Below, in pieces: positions 21,676 to 31,625 of a DNA stretch of 64,000 nt. A program made the translations under genes and the position numbers. This DNA comes from Yuukianura sp. NJ FZ-2021 (taxonomy: Eukaryota), in contig CM102285.1 of the NCBI GenBank assembly GCA_046563655.1, positions 5,828,001-5,892,000 of the forward strand, read 5' to 3'. The notes beneath the pieces were generated by a model that saw only the letters and a program-made list of their open reading frames with translations, had not been told where the DNA came from and ran no database searches. Within the stretch, counting starts at the first letter, position 1. The number at the start of each line of letters is the position of its first letter.

Positions 21676-22958
21676 TTATTAGAGAAATTGCAATTGTACG
21701 TTGCAGCTGTAAACGCAGAACGCGCGTTTATAGCTGACCACTTTCTTTCTGCGTTAGCTGGCAAAGTTCACGTAGGGATTCTAAGTTGAAATCGCACGTT
21801 TGAACTTAGAATTTTTAAACTTACAAATTCCAAGAATGGAACTTTAAAAATGGAATAGAAAAACCACCATAAGCAAGTATATCCGGTACAAGCATGCTGA
21901 AAACTTTTTACCACTTACATAAACAGGCTTATTCAACAAACTTTCAACCCCACGACCGCTAGGTCACAAAACGCTTGGAGTCAAAGGTCACACATTGACC
22001 TGGGGTAACAATATCTATGCAACTGATATACTCACTGGAAATGGTTTGACCTCTTGAGTCATACAATGTTTATATGCTGCGACTTTTGACCTTCAATTCA
22101 AAAATTAGCGCAAGTCACGCGATGACCTAGCAGTTGACCCCCGAGTGACTTTTGAACCAAAAATCAGAAATTGCAACATTTCATGAATGAGAGTATCACG
22201 CCCTTTCCAACGATATTTTTCTTGCATAAATTCACCACATAATACAATGTGGTGACCTTTGACCCTAGGTTCTCATGTTGTGCGGAATAAAAATTTGGTA
22301 GAGCTACTGTAGTAAATAAATCATAGTTATAGCCTATCAGTTCATTTATATAGATATTTTATAATACAGTATAAGGTTATATTACATTAGTATATTAATA
22401 TAAGTTATATTTATCAATTACGTCATAAATATAACTTATTATAATTAATATAATAACAATTTATTCCAATATAATTGGAAATCCAGCATCTAAAACTGAA
22501 CGTAGGTTCAAACACGCAATGGATGATTTGTACGTTCAAACTCATCCAAACTTATAAGTTTACGTACGGAGAAAGCCCTCCGCACTAGCGCCCCCTAACC
22601 CGAAAAGCTCGCGTAACTCAAAACTCCTACGTGAACACATAAGTTTACGTACGATTGCAATCTACCTATTGTTTACTGTGGTCTTTTGTTTTTCGTCAAA
22701 CTCACAACGCAACGGCTAAAATTAAACGGGCCTGACTAATTCTATGAATCTTCTGAAAACTGTGAATCCTCAGACTTTTGTCGTAACGTCTATATTGCGA
22801 CCCTATTACTTTCCAAGAAAGAGTGGGAAACACTTGCGCAGTGATGGGAAATGAAATTTAAGAATTTCCATGCCGTTGCAATTTTTGAAAAGGTCAAAGG
22901 TAAAGAATTAGTAGAACTCCCCTGAGACATCAGACTCCATTGCTCCGAAAGTTGATTT

Positions 22959-23171
22959 GGGTGAAGTAAGGCAGATGAGGAATAGGTTAATCTTCCATAT
23001 CCCCTCCCGTATGCACTCCAGTGGACCTAACTTTGATGTTGCCACTATATTCAGACGTTACCTAACCTAACCTAACATTAACAATCGGCAACATCAAACA
23101 TCGCTCCATTGGAGTGCATATCGGAGGGGATATGGAAGATTAACCTATTGCTCATCTGCCTTACTCCTGCC
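22959..23171. mobile_element. MITE with GG-starting long TIRs and 8-bp TSD (Merlin/MULE-like)
   Basis: ~65-bp imperfect TIR, TSD GTTGATTT at 22951-22958 and 23172-23179, empty site at 44977-44984, central CCTAA repeats. Confidence 0.9.
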
Positions 23172-23990
23172 GTTGATTTAACTCAAAGTTATTTTACAGT
23201 TTAATTAGTATTAGGATTGATTGAATTTTTAGGAATTTAATACAAGTTTTTATTAAAAACTGTTTTTTAAACATACTTTGAGAACTTAAATTGTGTATCT
23301 AAGTCTCCATTCGAAAAAGTATACGATATTCACCATGTCAGGAAAGTAAAAACATACCAAAGACTTCCGTCGAGAAGCGAGGAACTTACAAAATAATCTG
23401 ATAAATCAATAAATATTTATAGAAAAGTGTTAAAAAAAATAGTTATTTATTATCGGAGTCGGAGTAGTCACAAGACTTTGGATCAGAACGGCGCTTTTGT
23501 ATTTTAGCGAAGCCCTTGCCACCGGGATTTTGACGGCGTTTTATAAATTGATTATTTTTACCCCGGAACTGGAGGAAATGACGTTTCTTTGCCCCCTTTC
23601 CAATTATGTGATGGGTTGTGTGTGGGCATCTACAACGTTAGACTTTGTATCGTTCTCGAATCGGTTCTGAGCAACTGGCGAATTTACCCCATATCACTTC
23701 ATCCTGTGGAATGGGAATCCGACTACGCACTTTGACCACACCTTTGCCAGAGGTGTTGCATTGGATAAACCGTACGTTCCGGACTTGAGCCTATAATCAT
23801 TATAGGCGTGGTTGATAAATCTTAAGAGATTCCCGCGCTGCCTGGCATCGATGTAGTTGTTACCTTCTACCGGAAGTAAGTAGTTGGTCAAGACTAGAGA
23901 TAACAGAAAATTGTCAAAAATTGATTTCTGTCGAGCAATTGTTCGGAGTGATTAGAATGTTTCATTTCAAGGAATGAAAAGGGCATTAAC

Positions 23991-24393
23991 TGTGAGAAAA
24001 AGGTCACTCCCATGACCGTACAGCCCAACTGTCGGAGTAACCTAAAACTTAATAGTTCTAAGAATTCTTTCTGTTTCTGTTTTTGACATTTATTATCATG
24101 TTTTATTGCTTCCTTTTCTCCCAGGACTTAAAAATTGTAAAGGTCAGTTTTCAGTTTAAGCTAAAGTTTCATATTCTTTAGTTCCCAGAAAAAGGGGCCC
24201 CACCCCCTCTGTTTTCTTAGTCCAGCAGCTGGACACAGATGTGCATTTTCTTTAAAATCAGAAGACTAACTTAGGAATCGAAGCCAGTAGTCAGTTAACT
24301 TTCAGCAGCAGTTCAGCTTCATTTTTTAATTCTTATTCTAATAAAGCAATTGGATTTTATTCATCTGACTTTCTAAGTGTGAATACGCTCACA
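23991..24393 (+). repeat. Copia 5' LTR
   Basis: TG...CA, direct repeat of 30822-31224, contains AATAAA. Confidence 0.97.
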
Positions 24394-24411
24394 TGGTAGC
24401 AGAGGGAGGTT
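24394..24411 (+). promoter_or_regulatory. Primer binding site complementary to the 3' end of initiator tRNA-Met
   Basis: TGGTAGCAGAG immediately after the 5' LTR. Confidence 0.9.
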
Positions 24412-24494
24412 TAGCTAAATCCAGTTAAGCAGAATAAGTTTTTTTTGAGTGAAAGCAGTTAAGCAGTTAATTGACTCTTTTGTTTCCATCAAAA

Positions 24495-27400
24495 ATGGCA
24501 TCAACGAAAACATCGGTGAAAGTGGTCAAGTTGAAAGACGATAACTATGACCACTGGAGGCTTCAAGTCTCCCTTGTGTTAAAAGCAGCCAAGTTGTGGG
24601 ACGTGGTGGTTGGCAACGCCGTACGACCCGCAGAAGCAGCCGAGGATTGGGATCAAAAGGACGTAGAAGCACAGTCCATTCTGGTCTCCACCCTCGATCA
24701 AAAGCAAACAAATCACATCGGAAAAGCCAAGACTGCAAAAGAAATTTTTGACACTCTTGAGAAATACCATTCCGATCACAGTGCCTTAAACAAACAGCAT
24801 ACTCTCGCGGAATTTTTAAACTTCAAAGTGAAGCCAAATCAACAACTAACTGACATCTTTTCAGCTGTAGAGAAGCTTCAAAGCAACCTGAATAAGATGG
24901 GAGTTACCATCGACGACGCAACTTGCATTACAAAAATAGTAAGTTCGTTACCCGATAATCCTCATAAGGCATTTAAGAAAGCTTGGGACTCAGTCCCAGA
25001 TGACTCACAAACAATGGAGATACTTCATTCCAGACTAAAGAAGGAAGATCTGGAGCTTAAGACAAAGTCTGAGGCTTCAACTTCAGCCACTCCAAAAGAA
25101 AATGTGAAAGCTTTCCATTCTCAGGGAAGTGGTGAAAGTCATAAGCCCAACAATGGTGGACATAAAGGTAAAAACATTGCTGAACTTAAAAAACGCACAA
25201 ATTGTGCCAAGTGTGGTTTACGGGGTCACTGGGCAAAAGAATGCAAAACACCCACTGGAAAGCCAGTTCAGCCAAAAGTGAAAGCCACAAACAATGTGAA
25301 TGCCTTTATGACCGTTGAAAGTGAAAGTGAGTGTAGTGATATGTGGATCTGTGACTCCGGTGCGTCACAACATATCTGTGGACAGAAGGATTGGTTAAGT
25401 GACTTTTCAGTTTTTGAGGAGCCAGCAGAAGTTACACTGACAGACAAGAGAAAAGTCCAAGCAATAGGACAAGGTGAGGTTCCAATTCTTGCTTATGCAC
25501 AAAATGGTTGGGTGAACTGTATTATACAAAACGTTTGGTACATTCCGGGAGCCATGAATCTCTTTTCTGAGTCTGTGATGACGAAGAAGGGATTCACAAT
25601 TGTTAAAAATAACAAAACAGTGAAATTCACTCACCCGGAGGGAAGAATTTGTCCGAGTGCAACTTTTAAAAGAAACATGTACGTCATGGACTTCAAACGA
25701 GCATCTGTTGCTATGACCTCGTTGAGTGACAGTAAAATTCACGAAAAATGTGGACACATCAATTCAGCTTACATCAACCAAACTGTCGAAAAGGGAGCAG
25801 CAATTGGTTTGGAGAAAGTGAAAGGCTCTTTCACTCATTGCCGACAGTGTCTGCTTGGAAAACAGAACCAAAAGCCGTACCCTCGAGTGAAAGTGAAAAG
25901 AGAGACAAAAGTCGGTGAAATGGTACATGCGGATTTGGCGGGAAAAATCAACCAAAAATCACTTGGTGGCTCGTCATACTTTCTTCTGCTGAAGGATGAT
26001 GCCTCAGGTTATCGAACTGTGCATTTTCTGAAGAAAAAGTCAGAAGCAGCAGATCATATTTTCGAATATGTGAGGTTCATGGAAAACCAGGTTGGTCGTA
26101 AATTAAAAACATTCAAAAGTGATTTAGGAGGAGAATTTATCTCGGAGAAAGTTAGCCAATTTTTTGCAGCTGAAGGAATTGTCCATGAGACCTCTGCCGC
26201 TCATTGTCCTCAAAGCAATGGGAAAATTGAGCGGGAAATTAAAACTGTTAAGAATATGGCCCGAACACTTCTCCAGAAGCATAATACTCCAGTATTTCTT
26301 TGGGCAGAGGCCGTGGCGACATCCGTTTACTTGTTAAACCGAATTTTAAATAAGCAGAGTCCGGAAGTTACTGCCTATGAACAAGTTTTTCAGCGAAAGC
26401 CGAATTTGGAACATTTGCAAATTTTTGGCTCACCAGCAGTTGCTCATGTGGCTTCGGTAAACCGAAGGGTTTGGGACGCAAAGAGTAAAGAATGCATTTT
26501 TGTTGGTTATGCTGCTGATCATGGGCAGTACAGACTTTATGATCCTTCCACTCGAACAATTTTTGTGGGGAGAAACGTAACATTTTTGGACAGTGAAAGT
26601 GATTCTTCTGAAGTGACAGTACGTTTGAATCATCAGCCACATGAAGTGAAAGATGAGAGTGAAAGTGAAGGGGAAGATTGGGATGAACCCGCAGGTAGTG
26701 ATCGTGGAGAAGACGATGAGGAGAAAGTTGAGCATGCAGAGGAAAGTGAAAGTGACGAGGAAGGGAGCGACGAAGAGAAAGTTGAAAATGGTGACAAGAA
26801 GGGAGTGGAGGAGACTCCTTGTAGTTCCACCCCCTCCCCACAAGTCAAAAGGACAACAGAAGGAGACCCTTCCCAGGGTCCCTCCAACAACAAAATTAAC
26901 ATCATAATAAAAACTCCCTCCGGAGATTTTGTTACTGAAGTCCCCACAGATCGCACTTCCACAATAAACCTGAGGGACAGAAGTAAACTGAAAAAACCTT
27001 CCCGTTACGGTCTGTTTGCCAATGGTTGGCAAAATTTAGCCCCATTGACCCCAGTGACCTCTGACACGACAACTTCCCATAATACCTCGCCCCAAAGTGA
27101 AAGCATGATGAACAAACAGGAAACCCTCATGGCTTTCTTCAATTTAGAATTCAGTTCAAATCACACTTTGACTGAGTTCTATGAGGAGATCAGACAGTTA
27201 GCCGAATCTCTCAACGAAATGGGAGTGAAAGTCGACGATGCCCAAACAGTGGTTCGCATTGTCGCAGCACTTCAAGATGACTCTCACTCTAGCTTTAAAG
27301 AAGCTTGGTCCAGAGTTCCAGCAGAAGAGCAGACCATGGCTATGCTCCATGATATGCTTAGAGAAGAAGAGACGAAAGTGAAAGCAGCTCAGGATGTGGG

Positions 27401-30400
27401 GGAAAATGGCCAAAATGCAATTGGGTTCCTCTCAAGTGCAAGTTCAAGTGATGGTATCCTTGAACCTAAACATTACAAGCAAGCTTTGGCGTCTCCTGAA
27501 AGAGAATTATGGGAGAAAGCCATGCAGGAGGAACTTGATAGCCATGCAGAAAACGGAACTTGGATTTTAGTTCCTCGCCCCGACAAAGTGAAAGTTCTGG
27601 ACAATAGGTGGGTATTTAAAATAAAACGGAACCCCGATAATTCGGTTCAACGCTTCAAAGCCCGTCTTGTCGTCCGTGGCTTTCTCCAGGAAGAGGGCAT
27701 TGACTTCCAGGAGACTTTCTCTCCTACATGCCGATATGAGGCGATACGTATTTTACTAGCCATCGCAGCATCTCGTGGTTTCCACATAGTTCAAGCAGAT
27801 GTTAAAACTGCTTTTCTCTATTCAGAGTTAAGTGAGCAGATTTACATGGAGCAGCCTCCTGGCTACATAGAAGGAACTGATGACGTATGTTTACTAAAAA
27901 AATCACTTTATGGGCTTAGACAAAGCCCAAGATATTGGAATCAAACTTTTTCAAACTTTTTGCAACGTTTCGAGTTTACCCCCACAGTGAGTGACAATTG
28001 TGTGTTCATCAGAAAAAGATCAGAATTTTCTGAATACTTAGCTGTGACGGTAGACGATATCCTTGTCGTCTCTCCTTCACATTCGTCAGCAAAAGAAGTT
28101 ATAGAACGGATTGGGGAGGAGTTTCAGATCACTTCAAGTGACCCGTCAACTTACGTGGGAATTCAACTAGAACGTAATATGGATGGTTCTATTCGAATCC
28201 ACCAACAAGCATATGCGCAGAGCATTTTGGAGCGATTCAATATGGCCGACTCCAAACCAGCAAACGTACCAATGCAACCAAATACCCAACTTTCTCCAGG
28301 GGGTGAAAGTCCTAAAGAGTTACCATACCGCCAGCTTATTGGAGCCTTAATTTTCCTTGCCAGGCTCACTCGACCCGACATTGCTTTCACCGTCTCAAAA
28401 CTTTCTACTTATGTGAACTCTTATGCAAAAGACCATTGGGAAGCTGCAAAGTCCCTCCTTCGCTACATTCAAGGAACAAAAACTTTTGGTCTAGTATATT
28501 CCAAAGGTGATACTTTGACCCTGAACGGCTACAGTGACAGTGACTTTGCGGGAGACACACGAGACCGAAAATCTACGAGTGGTTTTGCTTTCTTTCTTGG
28601 TGAAAGCCTAATCAGTTGGTGTTCACAGAAGCAACCGATTATAGCGTGTTCCAGCACTGAAGCCGAATATATTTCTCTTCACGATGCTGCACGAGAAACA
28701 GTCTGGATTCGTAGACTACTAAATGAACTCGGCTTGAATCAAAAGGTTCCCACAATTATCCACGTGGACAATCAAAGTGCAATTCGTCTAGCCAATAACC
28801 CAGAATTCCATAAAAGAAGCAAACACATCGATGTAAAATTTCATTTTACACGAGACCTCGTAATGACGAAAACAATTGAGGTCAAATATGTACCCTCTGA
28901 ATTCCAAAAAGCGGATATTTTGACAAAATCCATGATGAAAATCAGACATGCCAAACTGACTCAATTGCTCGGGCTGGTGGACATGCGCAGAACTCCCGTG
29001 ATTTTACAAAATTCAAAAGATGAAGAAGCAGAAGAAAAAGTTTTGCAGTTGGACAACGCAAGAGGAGTTGACCAACCCTCAACTAAGGACCCTCCAAAGG
29101 ACCCTTCAATCATAAACGCAAAAGACAAAGACAAAGGGGAAGGAGCACCAACAGAAGTGAGAGAAAAAGAAAAGGGCCAAAAATCCAATTGGAGTAATTT
29201 CGCTCACTTTTGCCTATTCTTGTCTTTGATCCTTGTCTCCACCCCTCCGTCCTTTGCAGTGACAACTAAAAATTCGCAGCCGATTCTCTGGAGACGGAGC
29301 CTAACCCCTATTACCACTGGACACAATCAAGTTCATCTGCTTATCAAGTTCGTATCTCCTTGTGACCTCCTGACGGAAGAATTAGTTCATCGTGACGTCC
29401 TTCCGTCACTCAAAGAAAAATGCGAAAAAGCCTACAGGGAATTATTTCTTGAAGAGATTGAACGGATGTGTCCACGGCATTCCAGGACGGAAGTCACACT
29501 CCAACACAATCCTAATGATGTACTAAACAGAGAGAAAAAGTTCATCATTACAGCAGCATTAATCCTCATTGCAACCCTTGTTGTTTCTGTCGCTGTGGGA
29601 GCAACGGCCTTGGGTGTGTCTATAAGCAACTCCAACAGCATCTCCGATATTCAAAGCGAATTAGCTAAACAAGAGCAGAGACTGGACGAGGAGGCTAATC
29701 GTCTGACTAGAGCAGAAATCGCAATAAATGAATTGAAGCAAAGTCTCAAATTATTGGCAATGGAAGTGAAGGTAATTGAAAGAGACTACGGCGAATTCAA
29801 AGCTACATTTGGCGATACAGTTTTTGGAATTTCCTACATTACAAATCGACTTTTGAACGGAAATCAAATCATCAAGGACGCTCGTCGCCTTTGGCTTGAA
29901 AAGAAAGTTCATCCTACGCTGTTTGACTTCTTCAATTACACACTGCCATGCGGAGACTCCTGTCCATTAAAATTCGCCTCGGCCCAGAACTGCTGGTTGT
30001 CAAGTGACAGATCAAAATTATTTATGGACTTCACCGTACCGGAAATCAATCCGGACCTACACTTAGTGAATGCAGATCCGTTCTTTCTCCTACACCAAAA
30101 GGAAAATCAAACTTGTAAAATAATTTACACCGGTCCTCAGAACGCCGTTATTTCTGATGTCCAGGACTGCATTTACGCAGTGAACGTCCATCGAGATGAT
30201 TTGATTCTAATGTCAAATGGAAAATGTGACACGATTTCTCACAATTCAGAAGCCAACAAATACTTTGCATTGGACAAATGCTTTCCACGCTCGGCTGGAG
30301 ATGCCTGGAATTTTGTTCAAATCAAACCAGCCTACGGACACTACCACATTTATTGTGCAGGGAACGAGATTTCAATTGGAGGAAGAAAGGAGCAGTGCCC

Positions 30401-30809
30401 CAACGAAACGTTTCTATTGCCGATAGCCACTCCGTTCAAAATCAATGACCATTATTTCAAGGGCGGAGTAGTAAGGCTAAATCATCAGGAATCATTGGAT
30501 CCCATCCTTTCCGTGCGGACGAATTGGCACCTCCGGCCGAATATGAACTTGGACGAAATCATTTCAAAAATCGATGGAATTTCGAAGCTGGAGCAAAAAC
30601 CGAATGCGGAAGGCAGTGGGGGCGGAGCATCTTCCCACCGCGGCTGGTACATCACTATACTTAGCGTTTTGGCAGTGGTGGGAGCAATTGTCGTCCTGAT
30701 GTTAGTTCATCAGTGCCGTACTCGGGTCATCCGGGTCATCTCATCTCCTGCTGAAGCAGCTCCTGGCAGACTCCCCGCCCCACCAGAAGAAATCGAACTT
30801 CAAGTTTAG
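24495..30809 (+). CDS. Copia Gag-PR-IN-(extra Gag-like domain)-RT-RH-Env-like polyprotein
   Basis: First ATG at 24495. CCHC CAKCGLRGHWAKEC, protease WICDSGAS, HHCC, integrase VHADL/KSDLGGEF/NGKIER, RT RFKARLVVRGF/KSLYGLRQSPRYW/TVDD, RNase H YSDSD/SSTEAEY/DNQSA/ADILTK. IN-before-RT order identifies it as copia. About 540 aa of glycoprotein-like tail follows. Confidence 0.95.
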   Translation: MASTKTSVKVVKLKDDNYDHWRLQVSLVLKAAKLWDVVVGNAVRPAEAAEDWDQKDVEAQSILVSTLDQKQTNHIGKAKTAKEIFDTLEKYHSDHSALNKQHTLAEFLNFKVKPNQQLTDIFSAVEKLQSNLNKMGVTIDDATCITKIVSSLPDNPHKAFKKAWDSVPDDSQTMEILHSRLKKEDLELKTKSEASTSATPKENVKAFHSQGSGESHKPNNGGHKGKNIAELKKRTNCAKCGLRGHWAKECKTPTGKPVQPKVKATNNVNAFMTVESESECSDMWICDSGASQHICGQKDWLSDFSVFEEPAEVTLTDKRKVQAIGQGEVPILAYAQNGWVNCIIQNVWYIPGAMNLFSESVMTKKGFTIVKNNKTVKFTHPEGRICPSATFKRNMYVMDFKRASVAMTSLSDSKIHEKCGHINSAYINQTVEKGAAIGLEKVKGSFTHCRQCLLGKQNQKPYPRVKVKRETKVGEMVHADLAGKINQKSLGGSSYFLLLKDDASGYRTVHFLKKKSEAADHIFEYVRFMENQVGRKLKTFKSDLGGEFISEKVSQFFAAEGIVHETSAAHCPQSNGKIEREIKTVKNMARTLLQKHNTPVFLWAEAVATSVYLLNRILNKQSPEVTAYEQVFQRKPNLEHLQIFGSPAVAHVASVNRRVWDAKSKECIFVGYAADHGQYRLYDPSTRTIFVGRNVTFLDSESDSSEVTVRLNHQPHEVKDESESEGEDWDEPAGSDRGEDDEEKVEHAEESESDEEGSDEEKVENGDKKGVEETPCSSTPSPQVKRTTEGDPSQGPSNNKINIIIKTPSGDFVTEVPTDRTSTINLRDRSKLKKPSRYGLFANGWQNLAPLTPVTSDTTTSHNTSPQSESMMNKQETLMAFFNLEFSSNHTLTEFYEEIRQLAESLNEMGVKVDDAQTVVRIVAALQDDSHSSFKEAWSRVPAEEQTMAMLHDMLREEETKVKAAQDVGENGQNAIGFLSSASSSDGILEPKHYKQALASPERELWEKAMQEELDSHAENGTWILVPRPDKVKVLDNRWVFKIKRNPDNSVQRFKARLVVRGFLQEEGIDFQETFSPTCRYEAIRILLAIAASRGFHIVQADVKTAFLYSELSEQIYMEQPPGYIEGTDDVCLLKKSLYGLRQSPRYWNQTFSNFLQRFEFTPTVSDNCVFIRKRSEFSEYLAVTVDDILVVSPSHSSAKEVIERIGEEFQITSSDPSTYVGIQLERNMDGSIRIHQQAYAQSILERFNMADSKPANVPMQPNTQLSPGGESPKELPYRQLIGALIFLARLTRPDIAFTVSKLSTYVNSYAKDHWEAAKSLLRYIQGTKTFGLVYSKGDTLTLNGYSDSDFAGDTRDRKSTSGFAFFLGESLISWCSQKQPIIACSSTEAEYISLHDAARETVWIRRLLNELGLNQKVPTIIHVDNQSAIRLANNPEFHKRSKHIDVKFHFTRDLVMTKTIEVKYVPSEFQKADILTKSMMKIRHAKLTQLLGLVDMRRTPVILQNSKDEEAEEKVLQLDNARGVDQPSTKDPPKDPSIINAKDKDKGEGAPTEVREKEKGQKSNWSNFAHFCLFLSLILVSTPPSFAVTTKNSQPILWRRSLTPITTGHNQVHLLIKFVSPCDLLTEELVHRDVLPSLKEKCEKAYRELFLEEIERMCPRHSRTEVTLQHNPNDVLNREKKFIITAALILIATLVVSVAVGATALGVSISNSNSISDIQSELAKQEQRLDEEANRLTRAEIAINELKQSLKLLAMEVKVIERDYGEFKATFGDTVFGISYITNRLLNGNQIIKDARRLWLEKKVHPTLFDFFNYTLPCGDSCPLKFASAQNCWLSSDRSKLFMDFTVPEINPDLHLVNADPFFLLHQKENQTCKIIYTGPQNAVISDVQDCIYAVNVHRDDLILMSNGKCDTISHNSEANKYFALDKCFPRSAGDAWNFVQIKPAYGHYHIYCAGNEISIGGRKEQCPNETFLLPIATPFKINDHYFKGGVVRLNHQESLDPILSVRTNWHLRPNMNLDEIISKIDGISKLEQKPNAEGSGGGASSHRGWYITILSVLAVVGAIVVLMLVHQCRTRVIRVISSPAEAAPGRLPAPPEEIELQV
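29187..30809 (+). other. Env-like class-I fusion glycoprotein region of the copia polyprotein
   Basis: Internal signal-like hydrophobic stretch, basic site REKK followed by a hydrophobic fusion-peptide-like segment (starts 29541), heptad repeat, Cys-rich ectodomain with NYT/NQT/NET sequons, C-terminal TM (about 30645-30710), short tail. Confidence 0.8.
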
Positions 30810-30821
30810 GTTAAGGGGGTG

Positions 30822-31224
30822 TGTGAGAAAAAGGTCACTCCCATGACCGTACAGCCCAACTGTCGGAGTAACCTAAAACTTAATAGTTCTAAGAATTCTT
30901 TCTGTTTCTGTTTTTGACATTTATTGTCATGTTTTATTGCTTCCTTTTCTCCCAGGACTTAAAAATTGTAAAGGTCAGTTTTCAGTTTAAGCTAAAGTTT
31001 CATATTCTTTAGTTCCCAGAAAAAGGGGCCCCACCCCCTCTGTTTTCTTAGTCCAGCAGCTGGACACAGATGTGCATTTTCTTTAAAATCAGAAGACTAA
31101 CTTAGGAATCGAAGCCAGTAGTCAGTTAACTTTCAGCAGCAGTTCAGCTTCATTTTTTAATTCTTATTCTAATAAAGCAATTGGATTTTATTCATCTGAC
31201 TTTCTAAGTGTGAATACGCTCACA
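30822..31224 (+). repeat. Copia 3' LTR
   Basis: Direct repeat of 23991-24393. Confidence 0.97.
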
Positions 31225-31625
31225 TTAACCTTCCACTTTGTCATCTGTTGCTGATTTCTCATCTTGCTCCTCCATTTTCTTTTTGTCCTCCTTCGTAATG
31301 ACGTCTCCAGCGTATAACATTAAATCTGTATTCGCCGGAATATCTCTCGCTGCTCCTAGCCCGAGACCTCCGATGGGCTCGTCGTAGTAAACATAAAACC
31401 AAATTCCATCCTCTTGGCAAACTTCGACATCATTGTACACCACTGCTTCCGTCCGGACAAAGTTATTGACATGTAGTTGGTCCAGTAGTTCTAAAGCCTT
31501 GGAATCCGTCCGAAGGTAATGAAATCCGGAACAAGTTCGGCAAAACGGCCACTCGATTTTCTACGATTAAAATATCGTTTTATATCAATTTTTGGGTGTA
31601 GATTCCAAATCTGAAATTCGTTTTT

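Larger units (their letters stand above)
23991..31224 (+). mobile_element. Full-length Ty1/copia LTR retrotransposon with an in-frame env-like region
   Basis: 403-bp LTRs at 23991-24393 and 30822-31224 (one substitution seen), TSD TTAAC at 23986-23990 and 31225-31229, tRNA-iMet PBS, PPT AAGGGGG before the 3' LTR, empty site at ~45785. Confidence 0.97.
21229..31527. repeat. Segmental duplicate A (about 2.8 kb once the MITE and copia insertions are removed), matching 43278-46093
   Basis: Near-identical sequence from CTTCAGACAGAG (21229/43278) to GAAATCC (31527/46093). Copy B shows the empty sites of both insertions. Confidence 0.93.
23441..31527 (-). pseudogene. SET-domain gene copy 2, split by the copia element and 5'-truncated
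   Basis: Exons ~31527-31230 and ~23915-23441. Copia inserted at the splice donor. +8 frameshift near 23790 and premature TAA at ~23638. Confidence 0.8.

Noticed and set aside
23051..23075. CCTAA repeats as a telomere
   Set aside because: Only about 3 units, inside a MITE with a TSD; also present in other MITE spacers
24394..24411. tRNA gene
   Set aside because: Only the PBS complement of the tRNA-iMet 3' end; no cloverleaf
26368..27032. Antisense ORFs inside the copia element
   Set aside because: Shadows of the purine-rich acidic linker; no motifs
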